A stretch of DNA of 63,917 nt, counting the filler, from Octopus bimaculoides (Eukaryota), in assembly GCF_001194135.2 (NCBI RefSeq). It is 6 parts of 6 records of this genome, joined end to end, with 100 filler letters (N's around TTAATTAATTAA, not from the genome) between each part and the next. Parts side by side here need not be neighbours in the genome. Positions count along the whole stretch, not along the records: positions 21,872 to 27,754 come from NC_068990.1; positions 27,855 to 35,214 come from NC_068985.1; positions 35,315 to 63,917 come from NC_068988.1; 3 more parts are not named here. One strand, given 5' to 3'. The translations under genes were made by a program, and so were the position numbers. The notes under the pieces are model-generated. The model was not told where the DNA came from. It searched no databases and was given only the letters and a program-made list of their open reading frames with translations. Numbering within the stretch: position 1 is the first letter of the stretch; each line of letters opens with the position of its first letter. Below, in pieces: positions 26,063-38,533 of the stretch.

Positions 26063-26902
26063 GTATATATAATGTATGTATGTATACATACATATGCATA
26101 TACATATACATAAATGCATATATACATTCTTACACACATACATACATACATACATACATGCATACATGCATACATACATACATACATATGTGCATATGTA
26201 TGTACGTAAGGAAAGATGTTATATATATATATATATATATATATACGCAGAGACAGAGAGGGAGAGAGTGAGAGAGAGAGGGCGAGAGAGAGAGGGCGAG
26301 AGAGAGAGGGCGAGNNNNNNNNNNNNNNNNNNNNNNNNNNNNNNNNNNNNNNNNNNNNNNNNNNNNNNNNNNNNNNNNNNNNNNNNNNNNNNNNNNNNNN
26401 NNNNNNNNNNNNNNNNNNNNNNNNNNNNNNNNNNNNNNNNNNNNNNNNNNNNNNNNNNNNNNNNNNNNNNNNNNNNNNNNNNNNNNNNNNNNNNNNNNNN
26501 NNNNNNNNNNNNNNNNNNNNNNNNNNNNNNNNNNNNNNNNNNNNNNNNNNNNNNNNNNNNNNNNNNNNNNNNNNNNNNNNNNNNNNNNNNNNNNNNNNNN
26601 NNNNNNNNNNNNNNNNNNNNNNNNNNNNNNNNNNNNNNNNNNNNNNNNNNNNNNNNNNNNNNNNNNNNNNNNNNNNNNNNNNNNNNNNNNNNNNNNNNNN
26701 NNNNNNNNNNNNNNNNNNNNNNNNNNNNNNNNNNNNNNNNNNNNNNNNNNNNNNNNNNNNNNNNGTTTCGATCCCACATTAAAGACGGTTCACTTCTCAC
26801 GCATCGCCCCCCTTCACAGATTAGTGGGGAGTTTTCATCAGGCACCTTGTATATCCCTTTCTCCGAATACCGAGCTGCGTTTCAAAGTGATTGTATATCT
26901 AC

Positions 26903-26977
<75 letters not shown>

Positions 26978-27685
26978 CCGATGCTTACCTGTTTGGCTTT
27001 TCGATCTTTCTTTCTTCATCTTCCCATGTTCTCCCTCCCCGACTCCCTGTCTATATTCTTGTCCAGCTGCCTGTGGAACACTTTCGCTATGTGGATATTT
27101 TGTAAAAAAAGAATATCCGTCTCTCTGTCTGCCGAACTATCTGTCTGTCTGTCTGTCTGTCAATCCATCAATCGATTTCTCTGTCTATGTATGTGTGAAT
27201 GTCTGTGCATGTATATATGTGCATGCATATGTATATACATATATACAAAGACGCCACTACACACACATACACACACACTCATACACACACACACATGCTT
27301 ATATCTACTCTTTGGTAGGCAAAGACTGGTGCTATGCTATAGACGAACATGTATATATGCTCCATAGACATATGTGTGTGTGTATGTGTGAGTGTACATA
27401 TATAATTACATATATATACACACATCGCACATCTTGCGACCTACGTGATTATCTTTTGGCCTGTCTGTGTATCTATCTATCTATCTATCTATCTATCTGT
27501 CTGTCTATCTGTCTATCTGTCTATCTGTCTATCTATCTATTCATTTGTATATCGTGCTTCACATGCCATTGTTATCTAATATGTGTTTCTCTGAAATATG
27601 TGCATCCGTATATACAAACGTATATATGCAAATGTGTGTGTGTGTGTGTGTTTATACATATATGTATATGCTGTATATACTACAT

Positions 27686-27735
<50 letters not shown>

Positions 27736-27754
27736 GAATATACATACATACACA

Positions 27755-27854
27755 NNNNNNNNNNNNNNNNNNNNNNNNNNNNNNNNNNNNNNNNNNNNTT
27801 AATTAATTAANNNNNNNNNNNNNNNNNNNNNNNNNNNNNNNNNNNNNNNNNNNN
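27755..27854. other. Artificial scaffold spacer
   Basis: N44-TTAATTAATTAA-N44. Confidence 0.95.
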
Positions 27855-28526
27855 TATACATATATATAATTTGTGTATATATGTATATGATATGTATATA
27901 TGCTTATCTATTTATCTACACTCACACACACGCACACACGCGCGTATATATGTATGTAATGGCTGTCTGTCTACTCGTTAGACGAGCATGACTATCGTTG
28001 ACAGATGTGTCAGGCAATGCTCGTACAAGAATTTTAAGTCGATCGCACCTTGTACAACTTGTACAAAGACTCGCTCTACCAATACCAGAGAAAGTACAGT
28101 GTAAGATATCCAACTCAGTAAAGTAGTTTGTTCAGCACAGCTTTGGACGCCAATGCTATTAGATTTTGCTGCAATTTGAGAAATTTTACACCGCTCTATC
28201 TTGGACTTTATATCACGACTTATGCAAACATCTATGTCAAAGAAAAGCCACTATCCAGTAAGACAAAAACGAGACATATGACCATTATACTTTAATATAC
28301 CAATTTTCGGAGGTTGGCGTGAAAGATTGTCGGAGGTTGGTGAGAGAGGTTGCCGGAGGTTGGTGAGCGGCAAAGACATTATTCTGCTTAGCGCCTTGAA
28401 GGGTTTTAACCGAGTCCATACCAGGATTCTTTTTTTCTTTTAGCCTGGTACTTATTCTGTCAGTCACTTTTACTGAACCGGTACGTTACAGGGATGAAGA
28501 CACCAATACCATTTGCAAGTGTGAGA

Positions 28527-28592
<66 letters not shown>

Positions 28593-29954
28593 NNNNNNNN
28601 NNNNNNNNNNNNNNNNNNNNNNNNNNNNNNNNNNNNNNNNNNNNNNNNNNNNNNNNNNNNNNNNNNNNNNNNNNNNNNNNNNNNNNNNNNNNNNNNNNNN
28701 NNNNNNNNNNNNNNNNNNNNNNNNNNNNNNNNNNNNNNNNNNNNNNNNNNNNNNNNNNNNNNNNNNNNNNNNNNNNNNNNNNNNNNNNNNNNNNNNNNNN
28801 NNNNNNNNNNNNNNNNNNNNNNNNNNNNNNNNNNNNNNNNNNNNNNNNNNNNNNNNNNNNNNNNNNNNNNNNNNNNNNNNNNNNNNNNNNNNNNNNNNNN
28901 NNNNNNNNNNNNNNNNNNNNNNNNNNNNNNNNNNNNNNNNNNNNNNNNNNNNNNNNNNNNNNNNNNNNNNNNNNNNNNNNNNNNNNNNNNNNNNNNNNNN
29001 NNNNNNNNNNNNNNNNNNNNNNNNNNNNNNNNNNNNNNNNNNNNNNNNNNNNNNNNNNNNNNNNNNNNNNNNNNNNNNNNNNNNNNNNNNNNNNNNNNNN
29101 NNNNNNNNNNNNNNNNNNNNNNNNNNNNNNNNNNNNNNNNNNNNNNNNNNNNNNNNNNNNNNNNNNNCGATAAATTAAGTACCAGTGAAATACTGGGGAT
29201 CGCTATAATCGACTAGTCCCCTCCTGAAAAATTTTAGGCCTTATTCTTTCAGTAGAAAGACTTATTATTATTATATAATTTTACGCACATGTGCACTTGT
29301 GTACAAATGCACACTACGTGTTGACAGATGTTTAAATGAGTAGATTAATTTATTCATTTTGCGCACTTGTGAATATATATGAGTTCATGATAATGTCTTA
29401 TAGGCGTAATGTGCATGTATAATTATATGTATATCGCGTGTGTATGTGTACGTATGCATGTAGGTGTGTGTGTGTGTATATATATGTCTACGTGCACGCA
29501 TGCATGCGTGTATATACCAACATAAATGTATACGTATGTATGTTGCAGCAATGCACATATAAGAGAGAAAGAGAGAGAAAACGAGAGGGCGATATATTAG
29601 ATTTTTATTGTAATTTAGAAAAATTTTCTGCCTTGTCCGTTTTTTAAACAGACGTGTTCTAAACAGACAACACTAATGGGGATTTCTTATTGTCTTATTG
29701 TCTTATTTCTTATTCTCCAGATGACCGGTTCAGGAGCGAACTAAGATAGCAACACGCTATTTAGTGTGGAATTCCGTTGTTTTGGTTCAGAGATGGTGGC
29801 GTGCATGGAAAGGTAAGCATGCAACACTACGTCCAGGGATAATAAAAAGTTGTCATACAAAGCTTATGACCACGGGTTCTGTGTACGATGCATGAGGAAA
29901 TGGCCGTCCAATCACATCTCGATCAGCGGTGAACGAGGCAACAGTGCAGGAGAT

Positions 29955-30336
29955 ACAGTCCTATATTTAAGAGATGAGGAATTCTGTATGTTATTTACAT
30001 TATTTACATTATTTACATTATTTACATTCGACGGATATTTGTCCTCATCTTGCTTGTTGTTAACACAACGTTTCGGCATATGGCGTAGTGGTCAAGAGCG
30101 CGGGCTACTAACCCCAAGATTCCGAGTTCGATTCTAAGCAGTGACCTGAACACTAATAATAATAATAACAATAAGAATAATAACATCGAAAAATACCTTT
30201 GGAATGAGAACCCAGGTTCGAAATTTCCCTAAGCCACCTGAAGAAGGCTGGAGGGCATATCAGCCGAAACGTTGTGTTAACAACAAACAAGATGAGGACA
30301 AATATCCGTCGAATGTAAATAATGTAAATAATGTAA
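29955..30336 (+). mobile_element. tRNA-headed, HHR-bearing non-autonomous element with inverted 5' arm and 10-bp TSD (candidate Penelope-mobilised SINE)
   Basis: TSD TGCAGGAGAT at 29945-29954 and 30337-30346; inverted arms 30004-30077 and 30263-30336 (73/74); A box at 30081, B box at 30124. Confidence 0.85.
30235..30276 (+). ncRNA. Minimal PLE-type hammerhead ribozyme motif
   Basis: CAC-CTGAAGA-A-GGCTG-(10 nt)-CAGCC-GAAAC-GTT-GTG; stem III is reduced to the ACGU palindrome. Confidence 0.65.
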
Positions 30337-31052
30337 TGCAGGAGATGTTTAATCACAGCCCACAAAAATCAATATGCCAAGCAGCTCGTGAAAGTGGACT
30401 AACAAGACACACAATACGTACGGTGTTGCATAAAGAATTGAATATTCGTCCGTGGAAACCCCATTATGTGCAGGAGGTAAAACCTGAAGACTGTGACCGC
30501 ACAATGGAATATGGAGAATTAATGCTAGGTTGGTATGAAAACTGGCCTAAAATGTTTGAAAACATTCTTTGAAGTGACGAGGCTGGGATGTTATAATACC
30601 AATCCCACACTGGAGGACTTGGAGACACGGATTCAGGAGATTCTCAATGATATCCCAGACGATGTCCTTCGGAAGGTTGCTCATTCCTTCCCTGGCCGTT
30701 TGAGGAAACTGATTGACATACGTCACTGGTGCTTACGTTGAAATATGAAGATTTTCTTTCATTTCCCCATGTAATAAAGAACATGAATCTTGTTTCAACA
30801 AATTTGTTAAAGGAATATGGATTTTATTACCAATTTTAAATACCAACTTACTTTTCACCTACGCTGTATATATATTCACTTTTATGTGAGTGCGTGTGTC
30901 TGTTTAATATGTCTTTAGGTACACTTATGTACCTTGTGTGTGTGTGAATCCATTATTATGCATGTACGTGCGTGAATGTGTATATGTATATATGCTTGCG
31001 TACATATACTGTAATTATATTCATAATATTGTCATTTATGTGTGTAAGTATA

Positions 31053-31409
31053 TTTTATCCTTTATCACTTAGTTGTTTGTCATTAGACTGCGGCCATGCT
31101 GGGGCACCGCCTTGAAGAATTTTTAGTTGAATGAATCAATCCCAGAATTATTTTTAAAGCTTGATGCTTATTCTATATAGTTTTCTTTTTCCGAACCGCT
31201 AATTTACGAGGACGTAAATAATACCGGTGGTGTGGGACAAGCAGAGACACAATGAGCTTCTTTCAGTTTTCCTCTTCCAAATCCACTCACAAGGGTTTGG
31301 TCAGCCCGAGGCTATAGTAGAAAATACTTGCCCAAGTTGCCACGCAGTGGGACTGAACCAGGAACCATGAGTTTAGGAAGCAGGCTTCTTACCACACAAC
31401 CACGCCTGT
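31053..31409 (-). mobile_element. SINE family B
   Basis: Reverse complement of head, core and tail. Confidence 0.88.
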
Positions 31410-31719
31410 ACAAAAATTTTCTTTTTGTTTATTTATTCATGTACTGATTGAACGGAATAACGAGCGAACTATTGAAAAATATGAATTATTCACATGGCGG
31501 TGTAATTGTTTTTATAATTTGTTCCAGAACTATCCTGGGAAATATTATTATCACCAGTATATCAATTTACAAGCTCTCTATCTGTAACTAGTTTGATAAG
31601 CGCTAACGCCCTTGAGTCACTCTGCTGCTTTTGTTAAGTATTAATTAAGAAAATATGTATATATATATTTATGTTTGTATGTTTGTATGTTTGTATATAC
31701 ACGTAAATGAGAGATGGGT

Positions 31720-32490
31720 GTCGTAACATCTGGCTATGTTCGTGCTATAGTAAATTCTGTTCTGTTCTACGGCTCTCAACGCTGGTCTCTTACGGTAGCT
31801 CAGCAACAATCACTAGACAGCTCATACACCTGATTTCTGAGTAAAACATTTAACATTTCTTATGCACAGTAAAAGGTAAAGACCCTATTCACTCATAAAT
31901 GACTATTGGATTGCACCTAGAAGGTTTGTTTCCCAGGCACAAGTCAACGCGAAGTTGTTTAGGGAAGACCATCCTCCCCTTCTCCACGCCACTGATGTTA
32001 TGGAAATGAAAGGCAAAAGCCGGTACAGCTTGGCACCAATGACGTCGCAACCCATTTCTACAGGTGAGTGAACTGGATCAACGTGAAATAAAGTGTCTTG
32101 CTCAAGAACACAACATACAGCTCGGCACGGGACACCAACTCATTACCTACATGATTGTGAGCCCGATGCTCAAACCACCGAGCCATGTGCCATCTCTTAT
32201 GCAGACCATATATCAAACAAGTCACTATATGGATATTTACTGCCAGTTAGCTAAACAACTAAAGATAGCTAAAATTCTCAGGCCGGTGTTTTCGTCGAAA
32301 ATATCAACTAGTGCGTTTTTTTTTCAACAATTCCGTGGCTACCTTTAAGACTAGTGGTCATGCCCGCATTACAGATACCTGAGAACTTGTGCAGGACACA
32401 GGGCTGTGCGCTGTTTCAGAGTTGGCTCATCTTACACATGATAGAGGAAATTTTGCTCTCGGGCTGGAGTCGACGTCGTCGAGTGATGTG
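31720..32490 (+). mobile_element. RTE-clade LINE 3' fragment split by a SINE
   Basis: RAIVNSVLFYGSQRWSLT...LDSSYT*FL...NISYA|DHISNKSLYG...LKFSGRCFR...LVQDTGL...HDRG. Confidence 0.8.
31867..32194 (-). mobile_element. CORE-type SINE with 9-bp TSD
   Basis: TSD TCTTATGCA at 31858-31866 and 32195-32203; tail CTTTACCTTTTAC. Confidence 0.88.
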
Positions 32491-32753
32491 ACAGACAAAA
32501 ATGAAGATAAAAGGCCGTACGAAGATTAACACGAAGTAGCTTTACTCTGTGTCACTGAGTTCCTTCTTATTGCAAATTACTACGCCCACATGGTTCAAAA
32601 TCGTGTATGTATGTATGTATGTATGTATGTATGTATGTATGTATGTATGTATGTATTTGTTTGTGTGCGTGTGTATACATATATGTAATTATGTATGTAT
32701 GCATTCAGGTATGTATGTATATATGCATGCATACATGTATGTATGTATGTATG

Positions 32754-32787
<34 letters not shown>

Positions 32788-32877
32788 TGCATGTATGTAT
32801 GTATGTATGCATGTATGTATTATGTACGTATGCATACATCAATGTATGTATAAGCGTACGTACGTACGTACACATGC

Positions 32878-32921
<44 letters not shown>

Positions 32922-33249
32922 GACTGTATGTCTGTCTGTCTGTCTGCCTGCCTGCCTGCCTGCCTGCCTGTCTGTCTATCTATCTGTCTATCTATTTAAC
33001 GTGTGTCTGATTATCTGCTTCACTTGTCGGTCTATCCACCAATACGTGTATGTAATCATACACACACGTACAAACACGCACATACACACGTATGTCAAGA
33101 AAGAGTATATTTAAATAAGAAGTGATGTTTTCTGTTCTCTGTTTTCAATTACGTCATATCCGCTTTAAGAAATCGTTTAAATGTGTTAGATTTGACATGA
33201 AATAGCTCTTAGCAAAAATGTTTCAGGGTTCTGGAAAATTTCCAAAATA

Positions 33250-33284
33250 CACACACACGCAATATATATATATACATGAGTCCA

Positions 33285-33332
<48 letters not shown>

Positions 33333-33333
33333 G

Positions 33334-33383
<50 letters not shown>

Positions 33384-33513
33384 TATGTATACACACACGC
33401 ATATATATGCACAGTCATATATCTATGTATATATATATATGTCTATATGTATATATGTATGTATATATAAATATATATATATGTATATATATATTTGTGT
33501 ATATATATAGACA

Positions 33514-33545
<32 letters not shown>

Positions 33546-33716
33546 CGCACATATACACACATATACATACGTATATATGTGTATATGTATATATACATAT
33601 ACACACACAGACGCATATATATGTATATATATATATATACATACACACATATATATATGTATATATACACATACATATATGCATAAATACACACATATAT
33701 ATGTATATATGTATAC

Positions 33717-33765
<49 letters not shown>

Positions 33766-33940
33766 CATATATATATATATCAATAATATATATATATATA
33801 TATATATATGCATATATACATACGTATATGTACATACTTACATCTATACATACATATATATATATATGTGTGTGTGTGTGTATGTGTGTGTGTATGTGTG
33901 TGTGTGGGTGTGTGTGTGTGCGTGTGTGTTTGTGTGCATT
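33250..33940. repeat. Compound (AT)/(AC)/(GT) microsatellite block
   Basis: Direct. Confidence 0.95.
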
Positions 33941-34495
33941 TGTGGGCACAGGACGTCACGAAACGTGTGCAACAAGAAAATACGAAGCACAACTACATGA
34001 ACTATTCTTTCGAACAACGAAAGACACAAATGGAAAACAAAAGAACGACCCTTCATCATTTGTTGGTTGTTTTTCTAGTCCCGTATTTCGAGCATTTAAC
34101 ATCAATATACGCTTTCGATAAAACCAGATAAAATTTGGGATTTTGCAGAGGGTCAAAATTGGTAACAGAAACAGGACAGTGAAAACGAACAGGAAGGGCT
34201 ACTAAGCCTAAACGAGGTTGTGGTGGCGAACGCGTAAATCAAGCTAGAACAAGAGACAAACAAGAACACGTCTTCCTTGTTCTAGCTACATCAGAAATAA
34301 ATAAAGAAAAACGGCCGATGGAAGCCACGTGAGCAAAGGAGGAGGTGGAGTGAGGGAGTGAGATAGAGCGATATTGTAATAGGCTAGAATAGTGGGAGAA
34401 GAAGAGGTAAAAGATTAAGAGAGAAAAAGAGAGAAAAACGAAAGAGTAAAAAGCTCGTATAGAGTGCTCATCAGAATTATTAAGATAAAACTTAC

Positions 34496-34574
34496 TTGGA
34501 AGAGGATGCGTGGTAAGGATGTGTCGATTCCAGGAGGAGGTAAAATTCTCCTATTATGTCTCACTCGCATTCCG
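34496..34574 (-). CDS. Candidate 79-nt internal exon (GMRVRHNRRILPPPGIDTSLPRILFQ), product unknown
   Basis: Acceptor tatcacttcttccag and donor CAA|gtaagt; only one frame open; non-repetitive context. Confidence 0.35.
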
Positions 34575-34835
34575 CTGGAAGAAGTGATACATCTATTCTC
34601 AATAACCTTCTATGTCGTATTTGTTTCTTCTAGGTCTTCTTCAAATTTCTCAGCTGTTCCTAGAATAGCTGTGTATACGGCGCATATAGTGTTTTTTAAC
34701 ATTCAGCTTTGTCCAGGGAGCTATCCCAGACGCCAAGCCGCTGCAAATTAGCTTATAAGCAAAATACATACACAATCTGTGTGTGATAAAGAATCTTTAC
34801 ATTACCAAAACTGCTTCTAATTGGTAATTCAATAT

Positions 34836-34912
<77 letters not shown>

Positions 34913-35214
34913 TATATATATATGTATGTATATACAGGTGGTAGGATAGAAGGATAAGCAGCATGTTCTTTGTCTATCTCCTTAACTTCTTGGAGATTTT
35001 AGGCAAAATTATACTAATTGTCCATCTGTTTTAATTGAAATTCTGTCTTTGTGCAGCTGAGGATTGCTCTGCATTTAAATTGATGTAATGGTTGCATTGT
35101 TCAATTAAATGGAGTTGCGTGAAACGATCGTACTGCATTACCTCTGGATATCCTTGTCGCTTATTTTGATTCTAATGACCTCATTTTGAAATTGTATGGA
35201 TAATACCGTACCAA

Positions 35215-35314
35215 NNNNNNNNNNNNNNNNNNNNNNNNNNNNNNNNNNNNNNNNNNNNTTAATTAATTAANNNNNNNNNNNNNNNNNNNNNNNNNNNNNN
35301 NNNNNNNNNNNNNN
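35215..35314. other. Artificial scaffold spacer
   Basis: N44-TTAATTAATTAA-N44. Confidence 0.95.
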
Positions 35315-35523
35315 AGGAGAGATAAATTTGGCGCGCAAATATTGGGTTATGAACATTCTTTTCATGTAAAAAGTTGAAGGCTGTTCGTAGGATCTGAATA
35401 CACATTTGTTGTAAGCATGACATACTTTTTGCCATTATAACAATCCAATTAGCGAGCGAGAGAGTGGGGAGACAGTGCCAGATAGACAGATCGATAGATA
35501 GATAAATCGATTGATAGATAGAC

Positions 35524-35554
<31 letters not shown>

Positions 35555-35570
35555 CAGATAGATAGATTGG

Positions 35571-35616
<46 letters not shown>

Positions 35617-35984
35617 TAATAATTTCGTTACCTTTCACACAAGACAAGCTGTCCTCACATGACATATCAATGAAGAAAGTTTTGGATAAAAGGTTAAATG
35701 TTATGTTGATTATTTTTATTGGGGGGGGGGGGTTAGTGCGAACAAGAAGGATTTCTAATAGAAAATGCTAAGTATTTTGAGAATTGATTTGCTGGGTTAC
35801 TATAACCCAGTAAACTAATATTCTAAGCAAGAAAAAAGGCATTATCGTCGCAATGGTGTCACGAAATGAAAAAGTTAGCCTGGAGTAGTAAAGTAAGAGA
35901 GAAATACGACAAACTTAGGAAATGTAAACAAGTTTGACTCCTCTACTCTATATACAAGGAACGTCTACAACACATGCTACTTAC

Positions 35985-36065
35985 AATACTGAATACGAAT
36001 AATAATCCTGTTAACATTTTTTCCAAACTTGTTCTTTGATTCGCCATCTGAGAACAGCTTGATCA
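35985..36065 (-). CDS. Candidate 81-nt symmetric exon (IKLFSDGESKNKFGKNVNRIIIRIQY), product unknown
   Basis: Acceptor tgctttatgtttggcag and donor ATT|gtaagt; one open frame. Confidence 0.25.
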
Positions 36066-36523
36066 CTGCCAAACATAAAGCAATATCTAGACACATAGAC
36101 GCGCGTATACACGCAAGCACGCACGCACACACACACTCTCTCCTCTCTCTCTCTCACGTACACAATTACACATACACAAATATACGCACACACAACACGC
36201 GCACTCACACGCGCATAACATGAGGGTATATATGTATGTGCATATATATGTGCATATATATGTGCATGCATTTGTGTATATNNNNNNNNNNNNNNNNNNN
36301 NNNNNNNNNNNNNNNNNNNNNNNNNNNNNNNNNNNNNNNNNNNNNNNNNNNNNNNNNNNNNNNNNNNNNNNNNNNNNNNNNNNNNNNNNNNNNNNNNNNN
36401 NNNNNNNNNNNNNNNNNNNNNNNNNNNNNNNNNNNNNNNNNNNNNNNNNNNNNNNNNNNNNNNNNNNNNNNNNNNNNNNNNNNNNNNNNNNNNNNNNNNN
36501 NNNNNNNNNNNNNNNNNNNNNNN

Positions 36524-36554
<31 letters not shown>

Positions 36555-37917
36555 ATATATACATATATAAGCATACATACATATACGCATATATACATAT
36601 TACAAATATATATCCTGTGTCCTTACCGTTATATCCAAATTTATATATACACACACACACACACACACATACACACACACACGTATGTATGTATGTATGT
36701 ATAATTGATGAAAGGTTCAATGTGCACACTAAACGAACTATTGAAAGTTTTCAAACATGTGTTTCTAGTTCAGCTGCTAAATAAGTTTAGATATATTTCT
36801 TCTCGTGGTAACACAGAACTTAGTACTCCAAATATTAGATTACAATTTCATATTTAGTATTTATGTTCTTTGCTGTTAACACGATATGTGGTTTGTATTG
36901 TACCTTCTATTTATTTATTCCTGAGCTGGTAGTACCGGTTTCTCGCTGATATTTCCACCAGACAGTAATAATGACTTCAACTCCTCTGTCCAGAAGAGCA
37001 CAGCTTCGTTTGTGTTGACAGTAGATAGCCTCATGTTTGCCTTGGTCAAATGTGGTACGAAACATTGAAAAGTTTTGCGTCAGTGAGCTGCGAGATGATG
37101 AAAGTAGAGTTATTTCCCATGGATTGGACTCAGCTAAGTGCAAGTGCGTAATTTTTGTGCATGTATATATTATTGGCGAGTCCAAAAACGGACAACCTTG
37201 TAACGAAAATGAATTTACATTCTTGAAGGCAGTATTAAAGTTTAAGAAAGCGCCCGAAACATACGAATTTTGTTATAATGATTCTCCTCATCATTATGCA
37301 GAAACTGCATCTTCTACATCTATTATGTTACAGTCAAGAGCATCCTGGCACCCACCAGTTGATGTTATACGGAGTTGTTTCCTCTTTTAATCGCCATATA
37401 TTACAGTTTACCTCGACTATAAAAGAGAATCTGTGATTATTCATCATCTCTAAAAGAAGCGCTCTAATTTTGTAACGTATAATGAAAAAATATTTGGTTT
37501 TAAAGAGAACATGTCCATAGAGTGGTGTTATCCGCTCGTCATAACATAAATTAAAGGTCTTCTTTAGTTGTGTTCCTAGCATCAAAAAGTAGTAGCTATT
37601 TATCCATGAACCACGAGCAGGAGCAGAGTGCTCATGCACGGCTTACAGTGAGTGTCCAATTAGTGGTCAATGCAGTAGATAAGCCATGGTCTACGAAGCA
37701 GAATTTGTGTCGATCAGCACTAGACGCTCGATGTATATACAAAAGGAAATTAAGAGTTGTTTTAAAACCAGGCCGAATAGTGGGATCACCGACGACTAAA
37801 TTGCAACATTATCAATCTTGTTTGGTGAATAGGGTTGTTTTGGTTGTCTTACAGGATTAAAACATGACCCGCCAAAAGGCGGATGAGATGTCAACAGCCG
37901 CAAAATTATGCCACACA

Positions 37918-37959
<42 letters not shown>

Positions 37960-38303
37960 CACACACACTCACACACACTCACTCACATGCACAAACACAT
38001 TGGCGTAAGGACGGAGAGATTTCTAGCATGGTACTCCAGTGCACATTTAGTCTACAGGTTTATGTATGACGGACATTAAGCCGTGACAAAGGCAACTGAT
38101 CTAGGAGATGGAGAAGTCTTATAGAAAAGCATGAGGAATATTTTTTCATTGAGTTTAAGGCAAAATTTTTCATTAGCATTTCTATAAATGTGTGGTAGGT
38201 TCTACACAGCGTGCCAACAGGTTTAGAGATCTGGTGATATGCTGTAGAGCTAAACGCTTTATGGACGTGAAACCTAGAGTATCCTATCGACCGGCCATAT
38301 CTA

Positions 38304-38334
<31 letters not shown>

Positions 38335-38481
38335 ATGATGCCTTTTTGTTTTCTTTTTGAATTTTACGACTGTTTAATTCCTCTTTCATTTCCTTTCGCC
38401 AAAGCTTACCTTTTTCAAGTACGGAGAGATGAATATATATATGTATACATTCACATATACATACTACCTACAATAATCTTG

Positions 38482-38533
<52 letters not shown>

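Larger units (their letters stand above)
29721..30866 (+). mobile_element. Internally deleted Tc1/mariner-superfamily element (transposase pseudogene), interrupted by an insertion
   Basis: QERTKI...SVVLVQRWWR...TTGSVYDA*GNGRP...VQE|MFNHSPQKSICQAARESG...NIL*SDEA, then jumps to TNPTLEDLETRIQEILNDIP...RLRKL...GAYVEI*; right end CACCTACGCTG followed by TA. Confidence 0.85.

Noticed and set aside
28308-28370. Three 23-bp-spaced CGGAGGTTGG repeats (CRISPR-like spacing)
   Set aside because: Repeats and spacers are too short and similar to each other, there are no cas genes, and the context is eukaryotic; a small local tandem duplication.
30081-30150. tRNA-Ser-like gene
   Set aside because: A and B boxes and an anticodon-like loop exist, but no acceptor stem pairing; it is a SINE head. 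The same applies to the other SINE heads.
34440-34474. CTGATGA on the minus strand
   Set aside because: No downstream GAAA box.
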